A stretch of 9,356 bases of DNA, from the IMG/VR virus record IMGVR_UViG_2778261065_000005. The stretch is one strand, 5' to 3'. The stretch comes from a virus (taxonomy: Duplodnaviria; Heunggongvirae; Uroviricota; Caudoviricetes). The notes beneath the pieces were generated by a model, which was given only the letters and a program-made list of their open reading frames with translations, did no database searches and had not been told where the DNA came from. Each line of letters opens with the position of its first letter. Position 1 is the first letter of the stretch. The translations under genes and the position numbers were made by a program. Shown here in pieces: positions 1 to 8,160 of the stretch.

Positions 1-9
1 TATTAAGAC

Positions 10-29
10 TATCACTTATTTAAGTGATA
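10..29. promoter_or_regulatory. 20-bp perfect palindrome TATCACTTATTTAAGTGATA; candidate operator for a dimeric DNA-binding protein
   Basis: Read directly: 9-bp arms with a 2-nt centre, perfectly self-complementary. It lies in non-coding DNA about 130 bp beyond the operon terminator. No flanking U-tract on either strand, so it is unlikely to be a terminator. Confidence 0.3.
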
Positions 30-160
30 CTGGTTGTCTGGAGATTCAGGGGGCCAGTCTACTGACTGCACTGATTAACTACGTCACCAGCTCACAGATG
101 TCTATGCAGGATCTGCAAACACATCTCGACTATTGTGCCGAACAACTACGAAAACAAACC

Positions 161-188
161 ACATAAAGAAAAGGCCGCGAAAGCGGCC
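161..188 (-). terminator. Rho-independent terminator ending the minus-strand operon
   Basis: GC-rich hairpin GGCCGC-GAAA-GCGGCC at 173-188 (6-bp stem, GAAA loop). On the minus strand it is followed by a U-rich run (plus-strand acataaagaaaa at 161-172). No T-tract follows it on the plus strand, so it is directional for the minus-strand transcript. Confidence 0.6.
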
Positions 189-202
189 TGTGACATGTCA
201 CA
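189..202. repeat. 14-bp perfect palindrome TGTGACATGTCACA abutting the terminator hairpin
   Basis: Read directly: positions 189-202 are self-complementary. Could be a second stem-loop of a compound terminator or a protein-binding site. Confidence 0.4.
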
Positions 203-208
203 CTCACG

Positions 209-349
209 TTATGACAAGCCTATGTATCCTGCTACACCAGATAATATCAAAATAACTGCAACAGCAAATTCGCCATCGTCAATGATACATTTACGGTTCA
301 TAACGCCAAGTGCAACAAGCGCAAACACAACAAGAATAAAAGCAATCAT
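209..349 (-). CDS. Candidate small hydrophobic (two-segment membrane) protein, 46 aa: MIAFILVVFALVALGVMNRKCIIDDGEFAVAVILILSGVAGYIGLS
   Basis: Hand-translated; too short for the supplied track. ATG at 347-349 is preceded on the minus strand by TAAGGATGAGAA (AGGA with a 6-nt spacer), directly after the TAA of the 824-aa gene and upstream of the terminator. Two hydrophobic stretches flank a short polar loop (NRKCIIDDGEF). Wobble positions are more AT-rich than in the large genes, so it is either acquired or non-coding. Confidence 0.35.
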   Translation of the reverse strand: MIAFILVVFALVALGVMNRKCIIDDGEFAVAVILILSGVAGYIGLS

Positions 350-358
350 TTCTCATCC

Positions 359-2833
359 TTATTGCGGAGTGACATCCTGTGGTCGCCACCAGTATGTCTG
401 GTTAAACTCTTTCTTCGAACGTTGCTCCATTTTACGCAAATAGCCTGGTGAAAAATACTCCTGCATCTGGTTAAAGATCATGTGATCGAGAGCCGCCTTC
501 AAGTACCAGAGATTCGCACCTGGCATCAGCCCCTTCCCCAGCTTAACCAGATCACCACCAGTCTGCTCATTCTTCCCTTCCACAGCATTTAACGGTATGC
601 CCTGAGCAATCTTCACTACGTCATCAACCAGACCAGCTACCGGGCCAAGCATCGACGCCAGCGCGCCGCTTCCGTACCTAGTGTGATCTGACAATAAAAA
701 GTCACCGTAAAGGCCAAGACCACCACCTTTCAGTAGAGCACCAAGCCAAAATTTAGCAGCATCTTCTCCTGTCATCTCGCGATGATTACGACCAGACGCA
801 AGGTCGTTAAGTTGCTGAGACAAAGCGCCAAGAATGGTCGTGCTGGCAATAAACGTCGCAATATATGCCGCACGCCCACCAGCAGACGGCATACCCATAG
901 CGCGTGACCAGTGACGCATAACCACCGAGATAGGGAACGATTTAAACAGGAAAACACTTCTCGTTAATTCACCTTTCCATGTTCCACGCTGAATACCAGA
1001 ACCGGTTATCAGTTGCTCACGTGCTCCCGGTGTAATAACAGCCATATCAACTTCTTCAGTTACGGCACCGAGCAGTTTACGCATTGCCTCAAATTTCACG
1101 CGTTCAGGCTCACCAAGATGTTTAACTGCTGAATCAGGGATACGCATAATGCTTTCCGGTGTCAGCATCGTATTATTACCGTTCCCCCAGTCCTCCTGTT
1201 GCGCCAGCTTCCATACGCTCCAGTCTGTGTCAGTAATCCCTTTGCTTTTCAGGATACGAAAATCAGAGTCATCGAGGCTACGAAGGTCTGGTGTCCGTGA
1301 CACTACTTCTCCCAGGCTTCCCATCATGGTTACGCCATAGGCGCGCTTGTGCGCATCTGACCATGCTGTAAGCCCACTGGCACGCATTACCGCCGTTGCA
1401 GCCCAACGAGACACTGACGGCCCCATATTATCCATCGCCCAGCGGTTAACGCTGCCAAGTAGAGATTCCATCGCCAGACCAGCGCGGCGCGCCCGCGCAA
1501 GCTCAGTACGGTTCGTTGGGTCCATAGCTTCAAGCTGGTTGCGGAATAACTGGTTCATTGGAAGGTTGGTCACCTTCGCAGACAGATACATGGTTCCAAG
1601 ATCAGAGAACGATGACAGCAACGCGGATCCGAGTCTGCTGGCAACCAGCCAGTTGCGGATATTGTCAGACCATCGCGCGATGTGCGGATTTGCTACAGGC
1701 TGTGTCTTTCCGGAAATAAAGTTGTACAGATTCTCTGTGTTGTTCGCCAGCCGCTCGACTTTACCGGTTTTACTCGGGTTAGCTGTTGCCGTTTCTGCCT
1801 TCACCTGATCAAGAAGAGAGCGGAAAACATGATCGGGGTTTGGGCCATATGTTTCCACCAGTGCAATATCTTTACTGATACCTTCCAGGTGACCGACCAT
1901 GATTTCCCATAGAGAGCGATCGCCATAAAGTTGCTGATATTGCAGATAGGAATCTGCATCTTTGAAATGTATCTGTCGTGATGCATTACCACGGTTAGCA
2001 CGTGCGCCGGAAATTCGCATTCCGGTATCAGTAAGCTTATTCAGCCCACCAGTAGCGATCGTGTTATAAGCCTCTCCAAGAAATGCAGACAACTCGGCAT
2101 CGTTCATCAGTTGTCCATCGGCTCGGATATAATATTTGCGATCCAGCTTACCTATAACATCGCTAACCCACTTATCCTTTGATACCGCCCCAACCTTTTC
2201 CATAGAATGATGTTGAGGGATCCCCCAGTTTTCGAGATAGCCAATGTCCCCACCAGCATCATTAAACCGGCGGCGCAGCAGCTCTGTAACTTCTCTCCAC
2301 GCCTTAGCACCTTTTCTTGCTTTAGCATTGCCAGTATTTTGCCCCCGCATTTCATATACCAGGTCACGTACGCCCGCTTCATCTTCAAACAGACCAAAAA
2401 AGCGAGGATCAACTGCTTCGAATGCCTCCTGCAATTGACTCAATGCATAATCACGGGTGGCTTTTGTTCTGGATTCAACAGAGAGGAAATTAGATTTACC
2501 GTCTGCATTAAAAGCTATAGTACGGTTAAGAGCGCCAAGTTTCCCATCAGCCCCTTGATAGCTATTGATAAATTTATCCAATCTCTGACGTGCAGCTATA
2601 GTGAGAGCCACACGACGTTTCTTTAATGCCGCTTCTCGCTGTAATTCTTCAGATGCCAATTGTGCTGCACGATACAGCCGCTCTGACTCGGAAAGTTGTC
2701 GCCACGACATAGGGTCATCACGAGCAATGGAGCGCATATTGCGATAAATGCGGTCTTCAATGTTCTGTATTTCTCGCGCCGTTAACGTGCGCTGCGCCGC
2801 CTGCTGGACCGCTTGTATACATTCCTGTCTCAT
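359..2833 (-). CDS. Large internal virion / ejection protein (824 aa)
   Basis: ATG at 2831-2833 with GAGAGG upstream, 5 nt after the stop of the 600-aa gene. Long uninterrupted frame ending at TAA 359-361. Gly-rich hydrophobic segments near the C-terminus (AAYIATFIASTTILGALS, FWLGALLKGGGLGLYGDFLL, GSGALASMLGPVAGLV). Last large gene of the operon. Confidence 0.8.
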   Translation of the reverse strand: MRQECIQAVQQAAQRTLTAREIQNIEDRIYRNMRSIARDDPMSWRQLSESERLYRAAQLASEELQREAALKKRRVALTIAARQRLDKFINSYQGADGKLGALNRTIAFNADGKSNFLSVESRTKATRDYALSQLQEAFEAVDPRFFGLFEDEAGVRDLVYEMRGQNTGNAKARKGAKAWREVTELLRRRFNDAGGDIGYLENWGIPQHHSMEKVGAVSKDKWVSDVIGKLDRKYYIRADGQLMNDAELSAFLGEAYNTIATGGLNKLTDTGMRISGARANRGNASRQIHFKDADSYLQYQQLYGDRSLWEIMVGHLEGISKDIALVETYGPNPDHVFRSLLDQVKAETATANPSKTGKVERLANNTENLYNFISGKTQPVANPHIARWSDNIRNWLVASRLGSALLSSFSDLGTMYLSAKVTNLPMNQLFRNQLEAMDPTNRTELARARRAGLAMESLLGSVNRWAMDNMGPSVSRWAATAVMRASGLTAWSDAHKRAYGVTMMGSLGEVVSRTPDLRSLDDSDFRILKSKGITDTDWSVWKLAQQEDWGNGNNTMLTPESIMRIPDSAVKHLGEPERVKFEAMRKLLGAVTEEVDMAVITPGAREQLITGSGIQRGTWKGELTRSVFLFKSFPISVVMRHWSRAMGMPSAGGRAAYIATFIASTTILGALSQQLNDLASGRNHREMTGEDAAKFWLGALLKGGGLGLYGDFLLSDHTRYGSGALASMLGPVAGLVDDVVKIAQGIPLNAVEGKNEQTGGDLVKLGKGLMPGANLWYLKAALDHMIFNQMQEYFSPGYLRKMEQRSKKEFNQTYWWRPQDVTPQ

Positions 2834-2838
2834 TTAAT

Positions 2839-4641
2839 TTAACCTCTCAAGAAACACGCCACAGCAACATCAAACAGGCTGGAATCCTGTATTGCCTGCT
2901 CACTTTCCCTGTTAGCTTCATCCAGTACTTCACGCGCACTGCGCGATTGTGGATTACCATCATCATCCAGCACGGTGATTATCATGTCAGGTGATTCAAG
3001 CAGCGAGTCTTCAGCTATACGCAGATCAATATCTCCTGCCGGATCTGCCATCATTTTTTGTTCTGTCTGTTGCAATATCTTACCGGGCTCAAAAGGAGCT
3101 ACTTCGTCTGGCGTCCTGACCTCTGCTGTTTTATAGAATGAAACAGCCTGAGCATTAAGTTCACTTTCTGCCTGCTGTCGCCGTGCCAGTTCTGCTCGAG
3201 CTTCAAAAAACTGACCTCCAGGCTCGTGCGGTGCCAACGCGTTACGGGAAAATTCCAGGCGTTCTTGTGCCTGCCGGATTCGTTGATCAATATCACGAAG
3301 TCTGGCCTGTTTATCTGATCGAGCACGAGACAAAGCTTTACCGCTACCGGTTGGCTCTTCTGCAAGAATTTGTGCACGCTGTTCAGTGAGATTTTCAATA
3401 ATTCGTTGGCTATTAGCGATTTCAGACTGGTAAACCTGTCTATCTCCACGCGGCAAAAGCTGCGCGGCCTGTTCTTCAAGCAACCGATTTTCTATAGCGC
3501 GCGCCGTTACTCCATCATCTACAGATGACAGAGCCTCATTAACTGCCTGAGACAGCAGACTCTTGCGCCCAGGAATTTCACTGAAAGATGCAGACTCAAC
3601 AATGCTGGCAACGTCTACAGGTCTCCCCTGGCTAACATCAGACATAGCTTTTCGCAGAGCCTGAATGTGAGAATTGCGCGAAAGCACGTTGATCGGCACG
3701 CCGGGCGCAATATCAATTTCAGCATGATGAGCGGCATTCGCCGCCAGTGCAGCATCAATATCAACTGGTGAAAAATTTGGTGCGCTTGTAGACTCGCCGC
3801 GAGAGTTAATAAATCTGCCGACACCACCAAACGCCACCCCAAGAACAGCATCAATAGCAATTGCCTGTCGATCCAACACATCATACTGGTTAGCCATTTC
3901 GCTATAGCCACCATCACGAAGCGTTTTTGCAGTAAGCCCACGCTGTGCCATACCGAACGCAATATTTGTACCTGCGGCATAGGCAATATCTGGCGTTGCA
4001 CTTACTGCTGTTGCTGCGGCGCGTCGCACTGAACTTTCACCCGTCCGCGCAAGCTGAGCCGCCACACCTTCCGCCAGCGCACCACCAGCACGTAACCCGA
4101 GGCTCATAGGGATCATTGTTCCGGCACCAGCAGTAATACCCTGCACTAATCCCGCTTCCTGCGCCGTCCTGAAATCAACACCCTGTGCTGTCAGCCGTTC
4201 AAACTCAGAAAAACCCTGTAGCGAAGTTACCGCCGCAGCACCTCCGGCCGGACCACCGAGCGTTGTACCGATAACAGCCTGCCCGCCCATATCGAACAAC
4301 CCATAAAGAACCTGCCCGGCGGTTCCGGTTGTCGCGGCATCAGGCGTCAGCCGCTTAACCTGCTGCTCTGCTAGTTTTCTCTGCTCGGCAATGTATGAAA
4401 CTGAAGTGTCATTGAGCGAGGTGTTTTCGTTAACAAACTGAGCAATCGGGGATACGATTTTATCCATCCCTGCCCAGAGCAACTGATCTGGCTTTGCCAC
4501 CAGCCCGGAGTACAAACCAGACAATGCCGCTCCTACAGCATTGTCGAAAAAACCAACATCGCTGTTAAAGCCAGCTGGATTTGATGCTGCTTCGTCAAGC
4601 TGCTGATTCTGGTTTACTGGATTAAGGCCAAAGTAACTCAT
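2839..4641 (-). CDS. Internal virion / ejection protein (600 aa) with Gly/Ala-rich hydrophobic segments and a charged C-terminal helical region
   Basis: ATG at 4639-4641 in an ATGA overlap with the upstream stop; GGAG about 10 nt upstream. The N-terminal half has repeated small-residue hydrophobic stretches (GGQAVIGTTLGGPAGGAAAV, ITAGAGTMIPMSLGLRAGGALAEGVAAQLA, IAIDAVLGVAFGGVG) typical of membrane-inserting segments. The C-terminal third is E/R/Q-rich and likely coiled coil. Confidence 0.8.
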   Translation of the reverse strand: MSYFGLNPVNQNQQLDEAASNPAGFNSDVGFFDNAVGAALSGLYSGLVAKPDQLLWAGMDKIVSPIAQFVNENTSLNDTSVSYIAEQRKLAEQQVKRLTPDAATTGTAGQVLYGLFDMGGQAVIGTTLGGPAGGAAAVTSLQGFSEFERLTAQGVDFRTAQEAGLVQGITAGAGTMIPMSLGLRAGGALAEGVAAQLARTGESSVRRAAATAVSATPDIAYAAGTNIAFGMAQRGLTAKTLRDGGYSEMANQYDVLDRQAIAIDAVLGVAFGGVGRFINSRGESTSAPNFSPVDIDAALAANAAHHAEIDIAPGVPINVLSRNSHIQALRKAMSDVSQGRPVDVASIVESASFSEIPGRKSLLSQAVNEALSSVDDGVTARAIENRLLEEQAAQLLPRGDRQVYQSEIANSQRIIENLTEQRAQILAEEPTGSGKALSRARSDKQARLRDIDQRIRQAQERLEFSRNALAPHEPGGQFFEARAELARRQQAESELNAQAVSFYKTAEVRTPDEVAPFEPGKILQQTEQKMMADPAGDIDLRIAEDSLLESPDMIITVLDDDGNPQSRSAREVLDEANRESEQAIQDSSLFDVAVACFLRG

Positions 4642-7151
4642 TGCGGAATATCTCCGGAGAATCTCTGACGCTTCTGTGTCAGATCAAGAACAACGGGAGA
4701 ACCATCATCTTTTAGCAGATAACCAGTACCAAGTTTCACCAGGTACTGACTATCGCCGTAACTTTGCAAACCATACTGACCAGGCGGTGTTTTTATCCCT
4801 GTGCCAACAACTTGTTCATTCCAAGCCTGATTAACCTGCTTATCGAATTGCTCTGCAGACATTCCCCACGGCAAAAGAACATTCCCCATTCCGTTATAGT
4901 CATGCACGCCACCTGTAGCTACGTTAACAGCCTGTTTCCAGATATCATTGTCAATTTCGCCTGATACCACGCCTTTTTTCGCCATCACACCAGCGTAATA
5001 GTCCTTTGCGATCTCGTATGCCATTGATGCCCCCTGAGCATCACCAGCAAATGCATCCTTCACCATGTCAGAAAACTCAAGGCGGAGATCAGCATCTTTA
5101 GGCATCGGAATACCTTTCGCGTCATCAGTACCTTTACGAGCCGCCGCGCCAGCAAGAATTGTCTGCGCAGCGGTTTCAGGAGACACGGAAACATCCGGAT
5201 TAAACCAGTTTTTTTCTGCCAAAATACCACCTGGCTTATCCATCAGTATCCCGGCAACGGCAGCAGATGGAGCGTTGGCACTGATCTGCTGTAGTGCTGA
5301 CATATACACCTGCCCACCACCAGTGCTCTGCCTGATGGTATCGAGATATGCTGCCTGTTGGGAAACGGGCGCATCACGAAAGAAAACACCGATCTGATTG
5401 GCCTCGTCTTTGGAAAAGAACGTCAGTGGAGTGCCATATGACTTAGCAAGGTCACTGACCTGAGCAGCACGCAAGGCAACGCTCTGTCCAAAGTTATCCT
5501 TATTGCTCATGTCGATAGGCTTTGCCTGTCCGGCGGCAAGAGAGAACTGTACAGGATCAGCCTGTCGCTGCTTTATCACCTGACTTGCAGCCGACACAAC
5601 GTTGTCATAAAGAGCGGCTCGTGCCGCATAACCCTCCCCTGTCTCACCAGTATCCGGGCGTAATTGCTCAACATATGCTGTAATGCTGCTTGTCGGCATG
5701 TTGCGGAAAGAGCCTATATACTGTCCGGCGATTTGCGTATTTCTGAACTCGGTATATCGCAGTTTTCCTTCTCTGACTCCATAAGCTGCAATAAAATCAG
5801 CCTCACCAGGTGGGTTAGGAAATTCAACGCCACGCATATACGCAGCTGTCGCATCGCGAACCTGGCTGTCAATCATCGTTTTATATTCAGCCTGCTGCTG
5901 CCGACGCAGTTGATCCGCCTGTCGCATAAAACTTGCCTGCGCCTCAGGAGATGCCGCATCGAATGCTGCATTACCGGTATAGCGTTTGGTGTTGGTTGGA
6001 ATTGTTGATAAACCAAGTGCTGCACTGACACCAGCAGTTAACTGCTGATCACTGTATGGCTGGCTACCGTTCTCATGATGGATAATGGCTGCACAAAGCG
6101 CCTTCAGGGTATCAGGATTAGATGCATCGAGAGGCTCATCAGCAGAAACGCCAAGTTGTTCGCACACTGCTTTGATATACGACATAGTGTCATTTTTATC
6201 AGTAGGCGGTGCCCAGCGATTAATTATCTCGCTGACGGTATCAATACCCTGCCTCTGATACGACATCAGGTTCCGCCCTAATGCACGAATCCCGTGTTCA
6301 GGTGTTTCGAATTTAGCAAATCGACCATCATCACCGGTCTGGCCTACCCACGGATTAGTTTTGCTGTATTCGAGATTTCCTGGGTTATTGTTGCGTATGC
6401 CACGGGCACGCTCGGAAGAGTCACTATCTGCTACAGCACGGCGAGCTCCAGCAGCAGTATCGCTTAACTCGCCATTACTTTGGATAAATGAGATCGCATT
6501 GTTTGCCGACCACTGGGACAATGCTGCATCAGCAACCTTCTCTTTAAACTCGATTTTCTTGGCCTGTATTTGCTCGTCGCTCCAGCCATGTGCAGCACCG
6601 TACTCCTCAATTTGCTGGAAAGTTTGCTTATTAGCCAATACGTATGCGGCATTGTCGCCATACAATGCTGCGGCATTTTTACCATTGTTCAGCAGCGTCG
6701 CCTGAAACTGACCTTCTTCGTAGGCATTTATTTGCCCTATCTCGTGCCGCCCGGCCTGCGTAGTGAACTGAATACGCTGCTGCTGCGCCTGCTGCATGAA
6801 AGCATTACGAGCCTGTTCATCCGGCAGCGACATAGCCAGTTGTTCGATCTGAGCATCAAACTGCTGCGTATACTCCTGACCTTTTCCAATAGCATTTTTC
6901 CCTTTCAGGTTAAGCAAACCTGTTTCAGGGTTATTCAGCAGATCGCTGCCTGTCTGACTGAGTTTAAGGGATGCCTCCTGAGCCAGAGCGATATTGGCAC
7001 GCTGTTTTGCCTGACCAAAAACATCAATTGTCTCTGCCCCTGCCCGAACAAAAGCATCACCAATACCTGGCTGAGAAAACGTCTGCAAGCCTGCTGACTG
7101 AACTCCACGGCTCTCAACCTGACGTCCGGATACTGTTGGTACGACTGGCAT
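4638..7151 (-). CDS. Large internal virion / ejection protein (837 aa), with a conserved-looking central block
   Basis: Long open frame. The track ORF (862 aa) starts at GTG 7226 and would overlap the upstream gene by 76 nt. The internal ATG at 7149-7151 has a strong Shine-Dalgarno (GGAGGA, 5-nt spacer) and forms a TAATG junction with the upstream stop, so I call the start at 7151. Stop TGA overlaps the next ATG (ATGA). Q-rich helical N-terminal region; distinctive block RGIRNNNPGNLEYSKTNPWVGQ...HHENG. Confidence 0.8.
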   Translation of the reverse strand: MPVVPTVSGRQVESRGVQSAGLQTFSQPGIGDAFVRAGAETIDVFGQAKQRANIALAQEASLKLSQTGSDLLNNPETGLLNLKGKNAIGKGQEYTQQFDAQIEQLAMSLPDEQARNAFMQQAQQQRIQFTTQAGRHEIGQINAYEEGQFQATLLNNGKNAAALYGDNAAYVLANKQTFQQIEEYGAAHGWSDEQIQAKKIEFKEKVADAALSQWSANNAISFIQSNGELSDTAAGARRAVADSDSSERARGIRNNNPGNLEYSKTNPWVGQTGDDGRFAKFETPEHGIRALGRNLMSYQRQGIDTVSEIINRWAPPTDKNDTMSYIKAVCEQLGVSADEPLDASNPDTLKALCAAIIHHENGSQPYSDQQLTAGVSAALGLSTIPTNTKRYTGNAAFDAASPEAQASFMRQADQLRRQQQAEYKTMIDSQVRDATAAYMRGVEFPNPPGEADFIAAYGVREGKLRYTEFRNTQIAGQYIGSFRNMPTSSITAYVEQLRPDTGETGEGYAARAALYDNVVSAASQVIKQRQADPVQFSLAAGQAKPIDMSNKDNFGQSVALRAAQVSDLAKSYGTPLTFFSKDEANQIGVFFRDAPVSQQAAYLDTIRQSTGGGQVYMSALQQISANAPSAAVAGILMDKPGGILAEKNWFNPDVSVSPETAAQTILAGAAARKGTDDAKGIPMPKDADLRLEFSDMVKDAFAGDAQGASMAYEIAKDYYAGVMAKKGVVSGEIDNDIWKQAVNVATGGVHDYNGMGNVLLPWGMSAEQFDKQVNQAWNEQVVGTGIKTPPGQYGLQSYGDSQYLVKLGTGYLLKDDGSPVVLDLTQKRQRFSGDIPQ

Positions 7152-7696
7152 TATAATCCTCCAGGTAATCTGGTTCCTGCTGCTGCCCCGATTGGCGCAG
7201 GAGTGCTTTGAGTAAACGGACTCCACGTCCCACCAAACATCTGGTACGCACCGTATGCCTTCAGAGGCGCAGTGAGCAATGTTGTTGCTGCTCCCACATT
7301 CCCCTGTTTACGGGCTGAACTGGCTTCTGCTTTATAGTTAGCAGCCTGAACCTGATAACCGTAAGCCTCGCGTTGCGCGTTATTCACCGTCGTCAGCGAA
7401 TCAAGGGCGCCAAACTGAGCAGTGTCACCAAATATATCCAGCGCGTTACCTGTAGATAAATCGGCGCCGGTCGCCCCCATTGTCGCCGCCTGTGTACCAA
7501 GCCGCTGTCGGGTCTCTCTGCGCCGTTGCTCAGCTTCAGCGTTACCCCTATTTATTGCATCATTTGCCTGAGCTGTGGCTATATCTGCGTTCGCTTCTGC
7601 AACCTTCGAGGCATACTTTCCCTGTTGGTACTGGGTGTATGCCTGAATGCCACTCATGGCGAGCATTGCGCCACCAGCAATAACCGGATCGCACAT
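7151..7696 (-). CDS. Ala/Gln/Gly-rich small internal virion (core) protein, 181 aa
   Basis: ATG at 7694-7696 preceded by GGAGAG. Low-complexity A/Q/G-rich composition beginning MC..., of similar length and position to the small internal virion protein (T7 gp14-type) of podoviruses. Stop TAA at 7151-7153 overlaps the next ATG (TAATG). Assignment is from composition and synteny, not a verified alignment. Confidence 0.7.
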   Translation of the reverse strand: MCDPVIAGGAMLAMSGIQAYTQYQQGKYASKVAEANADIATAQANDAINRGNAEAEQRRRETRQRLGTQAATMGATGADLSTGNALDIFGDTAQFGALDSLTTVNNAQREAYGYQVQAANYKAEASSARKQGNVGAATTLLTAPLKAYGAYQMFGGTWSPFTQSTPAPIGAAAGTRLPGGL

Positions 7697-8160
7697 TATT
7701 TTCTCTCCATGTGAAATCTGTGGAAATTAAGACCAAGAGCACCATAAGGCGCGGCTTCTTCAAGCCTGAATCCAAGCCAGTGGAGCCATGCTTTGGCAAC
7801 ATGGTTTCGCTCGTCGACGTAGTTTTCCAGGCGCGGATAAACTGCCAGCATCTGCCGCAATACAGGGTGGCAGTGGCGAAGAAATGTCTTCTGATATTTT
7901 TCAATACGGCTGGTCCCGACCAGCCAGGGCGTACCATTGCCACCGATCATTGACGCCGGAGATACACCAAACATGGTTACCAGTTCTCCGTTCGCGAACC
8001 CTGACCAGGCCATAGTCGCAGTGCGCAGACCAACACGCAGCGCATCTTCGGTAGTCATCAGCGATACCGCATACAGTTCGTCAATATCAGCCTGACGAAC
8101 ATCCGGCAAAATCATCTGAAGATGCTCTTCGGTTGCGGGAATAATTTGAACACCAATCAT
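7696..8160 (-). CDS. Phage virion-associated protein of unknown function (154 aa)
   Basis: ATG at 8158-8160 preceded by GGGGGA with a 5-nt spacer. Start overlaps the upstream stop (TGATG) and the stop TAA overlaps the downstream ATG (TAATG), indicating translational coupling. Size and position match the small protein that precedes core proteins in podovirus clusters. Function not assignable by eye. Confidence 0.75.
   Translation of the reverse strand: MIGVQIIPATEEHLQMILPDVRQADIDELYAVSLMTTEDALRVGLRTATMAWSGFANGELVTMFGVSPASMIGGNGTPWLVGTSRIEKYQKTFLRHCHPVLRQMLAVYPRLENYVDERNHVAKAWLHWLGFRLEEAAPYGALGLNFHRFHMERK

Noticed and set aside
10-29. Assignment of the 20-bp palindrome to a specific lambdoid (lambda or P22) operator family
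   Set aside because: Only the TATCAC start of the half-site resembles lambda operators; overall length and spacing do not match either consensus as I recall them, so a named family would be over-claiming.
189-202. CRP-binding site interpretation of TGTGACATGTCACA
   Set aside because: CRP sites have a 6-nt spacer between TGTGA and TCACA; here it is 4 nt.
291-356. Alternative 21-codon Cys-rich frame (MRNDCFYSCCVCACCTWRYEP) overlapping the small hydrophobic ORF
   Set aside because: Its ATG sits 2 nt after the upstream stop with no usable Shine-Dalgarno spacing, and the peptide has no recognisable character. The overlapping 46-aa frame has better signals, though neither is proven.
135-443. Plus-strand 102-aa ORF spanning the terminator and the 3' end of the 824-aa gene
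   Set aside because: Starts at GTG, runs antisense through the terminator hairpin and the large gene's end, and has low-complexity composition. Most likely a chance antisense ORF.
4969-4982. A-run (GCGAAAAAAGGC on the minus strand) as a programmed frameshift site in the 837-aa gene
   Set aside because: The codon phase (GCG AAA AAA GGC) does not form a canonical X_XXY_YYZ slippery heptamer, and no downstream structure or alternative frame is evident.
1149-7117. Plus-strand and alternative minus-frame ORFs of 60-175 aa embedded in the large genes (e.g. 1347..1808 +, 5065..5397 +, 6570..7097 +, 3099..3479 -, 3615..4001 -)
   Set aside because: All lie fully inside the long, well-supported minus-strand genes, lack convincing ribosome-binding sites, and have skewed composition (Cys/Arg/Leu/Ser-rich) typical of shadow ORFs.
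7152-7226. GTG-initiated 25-codon N-terminal extension of the 837-aa gene
   Set aside because: It would overlap the upstream gene by 76 nt, whereas the internal ATG at 7151 has a strong GGAGGA Shine-Dalgarno and the same TAATG junction seen at the neighbouring gene boundary.
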